Origin: Candidatus Cloacimonadales bacterium
GTDB taxonomy: Bacteria > Cloacimonadota > Cloacimonadia > Cloacimonadales > JAIOQZ01
Direction: 5' to 3'
Assembly (NCBI GenBank): GCA_963674825.1
Contig: OY771587.1
Span: forward strand, 704,001-768,000
Length of the DNA: 64,000 nt
Under the pieces are notes generated by a model. That model was given only the letters and a program-made list of their open reading frames with translations. It had not been told where the DNA came from and did no database searches. The position numbers were made by a program, and so were the translations under genes. This document shows positions 9,992-17,661 of this stretch, piece by piece. Positions within the stretch are counted from its first letter, which is position 1. Each line of letters begins with the position of its first letter.

Positions 9992-10014
9992 TAACGACTA
10001 CGTTCTGATAAATG

Positions 10015-10047
10015 AAAAGAGGCAGATTTTTATCTGCCTCTTTTTTT
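10015..10047. terminator. Bidirectional intrinsic terminator
   Basis: aaaagaggcagat-tttt-atctgcctctttt-ttt between convergent genes. Confidence 0.9.
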
Positions 10048-10081
10048 ATGCCTTGTGTTCTCAGAACTTGTTCGTATGCTG

Positions 10082-11893
10082 TTATTTCAGCAGGATCATC
10101 TTTTTCACCGACGAGGTGCTGCCGGTCTCGAGTTTGTAGAAATAGACACCAGAGCTTACACGGTGACCGCTATTATCCTGTCCGTTCCAGTCAACTGAAT
10201 GCTCACCCTGCTGCATTTTCTCGGCAACCAGGGTCTTGATCTTCTGACCACGCAGGTTGTAGATATCGATGTTCACGAATGCGTCTTCCGCGAGGTCGTA
10301 CGAGATCGTGGTGGTCGGATTGAAGGGATTGGGGTAGTTCTGGTTCAGTGTGAACTTCACGGACTGAACTTCTTCTTCGTCGTTGCCCAACGTACCGCCA
10401 TCATAGTAGATATCGTCGATGCCAAACTCACACATCGCGCCCTGTTCTTCCAGGATCACAAATTCATATGAGAGCATACGCATATCGATGTACTGACCGC
10501 GAAGGTCTTCCACCGGAATGATCGCCTGACCCCATTCACCATCGCGAACAAGATTGTAGGCAGTTGTGTTAGCCGGGAAAGTTACGTAGTTCTGGTTGCC
10601 CCAGGAGTCGATGACACCGATCTTGAAAGTGACGCCAGCAGGCATCTTGATCATGAACTTGAGGTCGCCATCTCCGAAGTTGAAGAGGTTTACCGGTTGC
10701 GTTGACATGATGCCAGCGCCAAACCAGCCCACACCGGCAGACTGCCAGCTGATGCCGTATTCACCTTCGTACGGCGGGATATTGCCGTCAACCAGCGTGC
10801 CTTCCCATACATAGATGTAGGAATCAACGCCGATCTCGAGCTGATTGTATGTCTCGGTCTCTTCGGTAAAGAGCCCGAATGATTCGTATTGCGACTCAGG
10901 AGGTCCGAGGTGAACCGAGCCCTGTCCATTCCACTCCATCACCTTGATGTAATCAACGTACATCTCGGCAGGGAACGTCATCGAGACAGGAAGTCCACTA
11001 CCTGGATCACCGAGGTTATAAGCGTCGGTAAATGCTCCGCCAATCGCCAGATCGACGATCAGATAGAAGGGATCCCAGAATTCAGCAGAAGTGCTGTCGA
11101 TTGCAAAAGGTGCTTCATAGAGGTCGTATTCGATATCGTTATCGACAACAGTGAGACGAAGGCTGTCCGCGTCCCAGTAGGTGCGGTACGTGAGAAAACG
11201 ACCGGTGAGAGTCGGATCATAGCTGTAATAGGGGCGGCAAGATTCGTCTGTCGGATCCCACGAGATACTTGCTGCACCCGATGGATTTTCCGGCGTAACC
11301 GCAGCGTCGGAATAATAGATCGCGTTAGCGCCAACCATCTGATTTACGGTAGAGTTATCCTGTCCGTTACCGCCATTGTGTGTGTCGTGAAGATTACGGA
11401 AGGACTGCGTGAATCCCATTTCCATCATGTCAATCTCACCACAGCGAGGCCAGGAGTAATTGCTTGTTCCAAGCATCCACACTGCCGGCCAGCCTCCGAG
11501 GTCGATATTCGGAACCAAAACGCGTGTTTCGATCATACCATATTGAATGGACACGAACGATTTCGTATTCAAACGTCCCGATGTGTAATTGAGCGGGTTT
11601 CCCCACTGATCCACGATATTCGGGCCGGATTCGTTGCGAGCGGTGATTTTGAGGGCGTTGTTTCCCGGTTCATCAGGAATCTCAGTGATTTCGATATTGT
11701 CCGCCTGATAGTATTCCAGCTCACCGTTACCCCAGCCCCATGAGCCGTTGCCGTTTTCGATCAGCCAGTTATCCAGATTGTCAAAGTTCTCTTCCCAGAT
11801 CACTTCTCCGACCTGTGCATACACAAGGCTTGCAGTGAAGATCAGGAGAATCAGTGCCAGATGTTTCAAAAGCTTTTGTCCGTGTTCAATCAT
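10082..11893 (-). CDS. GH16 laminarinase-type endo-beta-1,3-glucanase + putative binding module + FlgD-Ig/T9SS-type tail
   Basis: GWGNGELEYY, WPAVWMLG, WPRCGEIDMME (ExDxxE); signal peptide; NYPNPFNP...KKMILLK. Confidence 0.9.
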   Translation of the reverse strand: MIEHGQKLLKHLALILLIFTASLVYAQVGEVIWEENFDNLDNWLIENGNGSWGWGNGELEYYQADNIEITEIPDEPGNNALKITARNESGPNIVDQWGNPLNYTSGRLNTKSFVSIQYGMIETRVLVPNIDLGGWPAVWMLGTSNYSWPRCGEIDMMEMGFTQSFRNLHDTHNGGNGQDNSTVNQMVGANAIYYSDAAVTPENPSGAASISWDPTDESCRPYYSYDPTLTGRFLTYRTYWDADSLRLTVVDNDIEYDLYEAPFAIDSTSAEFWDPFYLIVDLAIGGAFTDAYNLGDPGSGLPVSMTFPAEMYVDYIKVMEWNGQGSVHLGPPESQYESFGLFTEETETYNQLEIGVDSYIYVWEGTLVDGNIPPYEGEYGISWQSAGVGWFGAGIMSTQPVNLFNFGDGDLKFMIKMPAGVTFKIGVIDSWGNQNYVTFPANTTAYNLVRDGEWGQAIIPVEDLRGQYIDMRMLSYEFVILEEQGAMCEFGIDDIYYDGGTLGNDEEEVQSVKFTLNQNYPNPFNPTTTISYDLAEDAFVNIDIYNLRGQKIKTLVAEKMQQGEHSVDWNGQDNSGHRVSSGVYFYKLETGSTSSVKKMILLK

Positions 11894-11926
11894 TTTATAC
11901 CTCGGTGTTATTGGTTCGTATTCGAT

Positions 11927-12547
11927 CTATTGTATCTTTGACATCGTACCCGATTCAAAATCGTACACATAGCCCCATTCGCTCATCTCGACGAGCGCTT
12001 CTGCAGGATCGCCATACAGCGACAGCAGGTTGAGGTCGGTCGGGTCGTACAGCGCTTCACCCACCATGTCACGCAGCGTTACCGCGTAATAAGCGTCTTC
12101 GCTGACCCACCATGCGTTCCACCAGGTAACGGAATCATAGAAATGATCCAGCACGGCGCGATAGGCCTTAATCGCCTGATCGTGTGCATTCGCGCTTCCG
12201 CCTTCGGTGTAAAGCTCATGCAAAGCCTGTGCGACGTAGTACTGATATTCACCCATGGGTTGGCGTGCAAGCATCGTCGCCCAGAGGTAGAACTTCGCTT
12301 TGGCCGACGGGCAATCGTTATACATATCCCACACATTCTCGCTGTTCAGGTTCGCGTTGGCATATGGGTTGTCGGGGTCGTCGAGGATATCGGTATTCGG
12401 GTAGAGTCCCTCGTCCGCCGAGTAGAGGTTCAGCACGACATCGGTGGGAAGGTCGATCATCGTCGATTCGGTTCCGTTCTTCACGTCGCAGCCTGCAATC
12501 AAGAGAATTGCTGCGGCAATGGCGATCCAGATAATGTTTTTCTTCAT
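11927..12547 (-). CDS. Lipoprotein of unknown function, helical/TPR-like C-terminal half
   Basis: Lipobox LLIAG-C; AGGAGG RBS; 12 nt after the upstream gene. Confidence 0.8.
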   Translation of the reverse strand: MKKNIIWIAIAAAILLIAGCDVKNGTESTMIDLPTDVVLNLYSADEGLYPNTDILDDPDNPYANANLNSENVWDMYNDCPSAKAKFYLWATMLARQPMGEYQYYVAQALHELYTEGGSANAHDQAIKAYRAVLDHFYDSVTWWNAWWVSEDAYYAVTLRDMVGEALYDPTDLNLLSLYGDPAEALVEMSEWGYVYDFESGTMSKIQ

Positions 12548-12559
12548 GATGTCCCCTCC

Positions 12560-15500
12560 TTAGAAATCGATCCGGTAATAAAGGCCGGTCTGGAATTCGT
12601 AGTCCTGGTTAAGGCCATCACCCTCGTTGGTGGGTGATGTATCATCCAGCGTCCTGAAGATTGTCTTGTATCCGATGCGGCTCGAGACCTGTTCATCGAG
12701 AAAATTGTCGATCAGCACTGAATAATCGAGCATATACTGATACGGGTAGGTGATATTGAACTGGCGATACCAGTCGTAAGGTCCCCAGGCATCCTTCTTC
12801 ACATAGCACTTTATAAGGTGCTTGTTGTTCACGATGAACTTGGCATCCAGCGTATAAAACTCGGCTGGATCACCTGCGGGGTTACCTGTGGATTGCTGCT
12901 TGCCAACTCCGAGATTGGTCACAATGCGAAGATTGGCTGTCGGATTCATGATGAAGTTGCCGCTGATCTCCCACACATCTTCCTTGGGAAGGCCCTTACC
13001 GAATGCGGCGTTCGTGTGCCCTTCCTGATAGAAGAAGAGATATGAATCGGTTTCAGACGTGTAGCTGGTGTAGTTACCGCCAAAGGTGAACGCGAACGGT
13101 GCGTCTTCCTTAAACTCACGATCCCAGTTGTAGAAATAGCTCGCGGGGGTCGGGTCCCAGGTGATGAAAAATTCGCCGGAAGTGGCTTCGCGGTTATCGA
13201 GTACGGCGAACGGATCGTCGTCACGGTTGCGCGGGGATGTTCCGGGATAGAATTCTGTGCCGTCCGTGTAAGGCTCGCTGGCCCCGACAGCATCCAGAAG
13301 GTTTTCGCGATGCATCGCACGCGGCAGCAACCAGAGGTTACCGATCGGAATCAGCATGCCGGCTTCGTAAACGATCTTGTTACCGAGTGAGGAATATGGC
13401 ATCGTCGAATTGCGTTCCACAAGCGTCTCACCGCCATCGGCGACAAGCCCGGCATAATGAACGGATGCGTCGATCAGAGTCGAGCCCAGTGTCAATGTCA
13501 GTTTCGCCTTGGCAGCCTGGGTGTCCTTGAATTCGATCTCATCGGTGTATATCTGACCGTCTTCGATATATTCGTAGTCTTCGTCGATCTTTTCGGTTCC
13601 AGAAACCAGATAACCGATCTGTATTGTCGTACCGGGGATGAAATCCGTTTCCAGCGAGAGCGCTGTCTGACGAGTCGCGCGTTCAGTCGCTTCGGTTGCC
13701 GTTGCAGAAGCATCCGCTTCGGAGAAATCCTCCGAGTGAACAAACGTGTACTGGAATTTATCGCTGCCGAACTGGTATTTGACAATCGCCTTTGGGTTAG
13801 CACCCCAGTAGATTTCGGGACCGGCCACAACTTTCAGACCTTCAAAAGTCTTCTTGCCTTCGAATTCCACGCCATATGGAGCTTTGGCGTTCCAGATGTC
13901 CATTCCTTCCATGTCTGTCGCTTCGTGCATCAGCCCAAAGAAGTCGCCTTGGTAGCCCCAATGGTAACGCGGGACGTGATAGAATGCGGTGAAATCGAAC
14001 GCATCACCTTCGTATTTCGCTTCAAAATCGTAGATCTCGATCCGCTCGTTGTCGGTGATCTCTTTGGTTGTATTGACGGTCACGCCATTGTCATTTTCTT
14101 CCGAGGTGACGGTTATATATTTCTCGCCACGCTTTCCATAATATTGTTCGAGCTGCTTGTCTGCGACATTGCCCAGAAGGTTGAGGGTAAATTGACCGCC
14201 AATCTTGCTCGTGGGCTGGAATTCGAAGTCGAGGAACAGCATTTCGCCGTTGGTGAACTCAAGTCCGTCCTTGCCGTCATCCTCTACATCCTGGCTCTTG
14301 CCGTTAAACGCGATATCGCCTTCGATTCTTCCGCCGGCGAGCTTGAACTTATCGTTGCCCACGCCGTCATTGGTAATCGAGCGAAGCGTGCTCTTCATGC
14401 TGAGGAAATCCATATCTATGCCGTCGATGCGGCTATTCATGTCGTTCTTGTCGGTTGTATAAGGGTCAATGTGCCAGATTTTGGTGAGGACATCGTACGC
14501 CATACGCGGTGTTGCCGTTGAGACCCCGTCTTCGTTGGGCTCGCCCAGGCGGCAGATTCCGAACCATTCTTCGTTCATGTTGTTCTTGCCATGCACGAAG
14601 TCGAAGGAGTAGCCACCGTTACTCCAGGATGCGTGTTTGTCGTGAATGTCCAGGTTTTCGGTCTGGAGATATTTCCACCATTCGTCGCGCCATTCGAAGA
14701 TGCATCCGCCAATCGCGTTGCCTTCTTCTCCCTTGTTGTAGCTTTTATTGTAAATCTCGCGCCAGTTGCCTCTGACCAGTGCGGCCTGACCTTCTTGCTC
14801 TTCTTTATAGGTAAGCGCATTGAAAGCGTCGCTGCCAAACTCGGTAAGCATGACCGGTAGTCCCAGCTCGTCGTGAACACGTTCCCACATGTCGGTAAAG
14901 CTGATACCGCGGTAGGCATTCACGCCCAGAATGTCCATGTCAGTACAGTATTGCTTGATCAGGTCGATGTATTGGATATCGCCGTTGACAATCAGGTATG
15001 GGTGGTTCGAATCGACCTTCTTGGCTTCCTGCATCACCTCGTTGTAGAGGCTGTAAAGGTATTTGGCCTTCTCTTTGTGGCGCTCGCCTTCGGGAATATT
15101 TTCGATCTCGTAGCTGGCCCACTCAAGGCCATAGTTGTTTTCATTACCCAGCGCAAACATCAGTACGCCGGGGGTGTCTTTATATTTCTTCACCATCTCA
15201 ACGAAATCATTCTTCAGGACTTCGCGCGTTCGGTCGTCGGCGTAGTTGGTCCATACGTACCAGACGCCATCGACGTTGTAGCCGTAACGGCCCATGAGGT
15301 GGTTGACCACGGTACGAATACCGTGCTGCTCATAGATGTACTGGATCCAGCGCGGCGGGATATTGCCGAACTGGCGGATCGTATTAACGCCAGCCTTTTT
15401 CATGAGGTCGCAATCGTAATCCAGCACCTTCTGGATCTGTTCGTCCGAGTCCGCCCACAGATTATAGGAGTAGGTTTCCCCAATCGGTGTATAGCCCCAA

Positions 15501-15673
15501 ACAACACCTTTCACAAAGTAGTCAGCGTCATTGACTTTCAGCTTCCAGCCATTCTGGTCGTTGTAAGTCGTAACGTAATCTGGTGTTGCAGCCATCGCCA
15601 CGGCGGCAAACAAAAATAGTGGTAACATAATGCAAAATCGTCTGATAGCTGTCGAGCAATCGTTTCTGAACAT
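12560..15673 (-). CDS. Clan GH-A (GH2 TIM-barrel-like) glycoside hydrolase fused to a probable outer-membrane beta-barrel
   Basis: GVNTIR, LGNENN (acid/base) and LTEFG (nucleophile) in the N-terminal part; ~600-aa C-terminal part of amphipathic strands ending FQTGLYYRIDF. Start set at MFRND (AAGGGAG upstream). Confidence 0.8.
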   Translation of the reverse strand: MFRNDCSTAIRRFCIMLPLFLFAAVAMAATPDYVTTYNDQNGWKLKVNDADYFVKGVVWGYTPIGETYSYNLWADSDEQIQKVLDYDCDLMKKAGVNTIRQFGNIPPRWIQYIYEQHGIRTVVNHLMGRYGYNVDGVWYVWTNYADDRTREVLKNDFVEMVKKYKDTPGVLMFALGNENNYGLEWASYEIENIPEGERHKEKAKYLYSLYNEVMQEAKKVDSNHPYLIVNGDIQYIDLIKQYCTDMDILGVNAYRGISFTDMWERVHDELGLPVMLTEFGSDAFNALTYKEEQEGQAALVRGNWREIYNKSYNKGEEGNAIGGCIFEWRDEWWKYLQTENLDIHDKHASWSNGGYSFDFVHGKNNMNEEWFGICRLGEPNEDGVSTATPRMAYDVLTKIWHIDPYTTDKNDMNSRIDGIDMDFLSMKSTLRSITNDGVGNDKFKLAGGRIEGDIAFNGKSQDVEDDGKDGLEFTNGEMLFLDFEFQPTSKIGGQFTLNLLGNVADKQLEQYYGKRGEKYITVTSEENDNGVTVNTTKEITDNERIEIYDFEAKYEGDAFDFTAFYHVPRYHWGYQGDFFGLMHEATDMEGMDIWNAKAPYGVEFEGKKTFEGLKVVAGPEIYWGANPKAIVKYQFGSDKFQYTFVHSEDFSEADASATATEATERATRQTALSLETDFIPGTTIQIGYLVSGTEKIDEDYEYIEDGQIYTDEIEFKDTQAAKAKLTLTLGSTLIDASVHYAGLVADGGETLVERNSTMPYSSLGNKIVYEAGMLIPIGNLWLLPRAMHRENLLDAVGASEPYTDGTEFYPGTSPRNRDDDPFAVLDNREATSGEFFITWDPTPASYFYNWDREFKEDAPFAFTFGGNYTSYTSETDSYLFFYQEGHTNAAFGKGLPKEDVWEISGNFIMNPTANLRIVTNLGVGKQQSTGNPAGDPAEFYTLDAKFIVNNKHLIKCYVKKDAWGPYDWYRQFNITYPYQYMLDYSVLIDNFLDEQVSSRIGYKTIFRTLDDTSPTNEGDGLNQDYEFQTGLYYRIDF

Positions 15674-15723
15674 AGTCTCGCTCCCTTTTGGAATCAGTGA
15701 AGTGATAATGGGGAAACCCACAC

Positions 15724-15762
15724 TTCTATATAGCAATCAATATTCACGATATTTACTGTCAA
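15724..15762 (-). promoter_or_regulatory. TTGACA -35 box (15757-15762) and operator copy TTCTATATAGCA (15724-15735)
   Basis: One mismatch to the palindrome TGCTATATAGCA, 21 nt downstream of the -35 box. Confidence 0.7.
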
Positions 15763-16025
15763 GGTTATTTTAACACTTTCCATTGATTTCTACTTGGCCG
15801 ATCTTCACAATTCCCCTCAGAATGCAGAATCTGGCGTGGTTATTATTTTCAATTAAATTGGATTTCCGGCCCGGAATCGGCATCCGGTACAGCCTGACAA
15901 TGTTTTCCGTTCATTGGTATTAAGCTGTTTTCGGACGCCCGTTATTTCAAAATGGAATTGCTCTCACAATGCTATATTTTTGAGATGACCGCAAGGAAAT
16001 GATCGCCGTACCGAGTGAAATCTAT

Positions 16026-16037
16026 TCCTATATAGCA
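16026..16037. promoter_or_regulatory. Auxiliary operator copy TCCTATATAGCA
   Basis: One mismatch to the palindrome; a half-site TGCTATAT also lies at 15970-15977. Confidence 0.6.
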
Positions 16038-16042
16038 GTACA

Positions 16043-17107
16043 TTAACCTTTGGTTTTCGCGCAAGAATTACGCACTACCAGCGGTACCGGAAGAATCGCG
16101 TGCTGGTAGTCAAGATCCGCGCCCCCAATCATATCCAGAAGCATGTTAACAGACTTCTGTGCAATACGATCCACCGGTGCCGCGATGGTCGTCAGCGCCG
16201 GGAAGACCTTGGATGCCACGATGATATCGTCGAAGCCGACAACGCTCATCTCTTCCGGGATCTGAATACCTTTCTCACGGATTGCCTTCATCGCGCCGAT
16301 CGCCATGGAGTCGTTCGCGCACATAATCGCGGTTGGAGGTTTCTTCAGCGATAGCAGGTATTTTGCGCCACGCTCTCCCGATTCATATGAGAAATCGCCT
16401 TGGTAGATCAATTCGTCATCCTTCTCCGCACCAAAATGCGCCATGGAACTCGTGTAGCCCGCAAGGCGCTCACTACATATATCCGAATCCATCAGACCCG
16501 TTATATAGCCAATACGACGATGTCCGAGCGACCACAGGTAATCAACTGCCTCGCTGCTGCCGTTGAAATTATCGAGCGTGACGGACGGAATCGATTTATC
16601 ATTCGAGAGGTTGTCCAGCAGCACGATAGGCAGCATCTTCTTGAGCTCCTGGATCTTGTTTTCGATGCGCGGGAAACAACAGATTATCACACCGTCGATC
16701 TTCTTGTGGTTATTCAGCGGATTGAGGTTATCGAGCTCGGAAAACAGCACCAGATTATAGCCCTTCTGCTTGACTTCCTTCTCCAACGCGTTGAAGATCA
16801 GTGAATAATAAGGACTGGAGATGCCTTCTTTAATACCGACATCCAGAAAGAAGCCAATGTTTTGCGTCATCTTCGGCGTCATCTTGCTATGACTGACAAA
16901 GGTTCCCTTGGTAGTGAATTTATGAAGAATCCCCTCTTCAACAAGTTCCGTAATGGCCCTGCGAATCGTCATATAAGAAACATCGTGCATTTTGGCCAAG
17001 GCACGCTCGCCAGGCAACTTCCCTGCTATCTCACCACTCCTGATCCCTTCTTTGATCTTCTCTTTTACAACAAGATATTTCAACGTTTTACCACTCATCT
17101 GTTCCAT
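16043..17107 (-). CDS. AraR-type regulator: GntR winged HTH + LacI-type sugar-binding domain
   Basis: KLPGERALAKMHDVSYMTIRRAITELVEEG...KGTFV; LGHRRIG, NDSMAIG, SVVGFDD, PALTT. Alternative start at 17098. Confidence 0.92.
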   Translation of the reverse strand: MEQMSGKTLKYLVVKEKIKEGIRSGEIAGKLPGERALAKMHDVSYMTIRRAITELVEEGILHKFTTKGTFVSHSKMTPKMTQNIGFFLDVGIKEGISSPYYSLIFNALEKEVKQKGYNLVLFSELDNLNPLNNHKKIDGVIICCFPRIENKIQELKKMLPIVLLDNLSNDKSIPSVTLDNFNGSSEAVDYLWSLGHRRIGYITGLMDSDICSERLAGYTSSMAHFGAEKDDELIYQGDFSYESGERGAKYLLSLKKPPTAIMCANDSMAIGAMKAIREKGIQIPEEMSVVGFDDIIVASKVFPALTTIAAPVDRIAQKSVNMLLDMIGGADLDYQHAILPVPLVVRNSCAKTKG

Positions 17108-17134
17108 CCATTAACACTGCCGTTAGCCTGCGAA

Positions 17135-17184
17135 ATAGCAATAGCGATAGCAGCACTATAGCAGTGCTGCCTAAACTGCTATAT
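17135..17184. promoter_or_regulatory. Cluster of ATAGC(A)/TGCTAT half-sites and an 8-bp inverted repeat upstream of the regulator
   Basis: atagca 17135, atagc 17141, atagca 17147, atagca 17158, tgctatat 17177; gcagcact-N5-agtgctgc at 17150-17170. Confidence 0.55.
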
Positions 17185-17560
17185 TTGGTCAAGTATTTTA
17201 TTCGTAATCTTTGCGTTCGCAAACCTAAATTCCATCAGAACATCCCGATTTCATCAACATTTACGAAGCATTGAAAGCAGCTCAATTTTTTTCGAATGCA
17301 CAGCACTCTAAAACTTGCACACCCGCCTATGTTGACACATATCTTGTTTTTGTACAGCACGATACAATAACATACGAATCAGGCTAACCATTCAGAGGAT
17401 ACTGCTGGAATGGAATATAATACTTGCTGCAGCGTCCCAAAGAAGACAGCATGAACTCCAAAACCATAGCAGTTGATTTTTTTTCGCAATCCAATCATAG
17501 CAGTACAAGCGGAACATCGGTAAATGTTTATGGAAAACACACACATTTCAGAAAAAAAGC

Positions 17561-17601
17561 TTGACGCATCAGAAAATGAAAATGTTATTTGCTATATAGC
17601 A
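17561..17601 (+). promoter_or_regulatory. TTGACG -35 box (17561-17566) and perfect operator palindrome TGCTATATAGCA (17590-17601)
   Basis: 12-bp perfect palindrome 23 nt after the -35 box, upstream of the rightward operon. Confidence 0.75.
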
Positions 17602-17661
17602 TCATGAATGGATGTTTATATTCATCCCCTGCGATGCAAAAAGATGTGCGAGGTCCTTATT

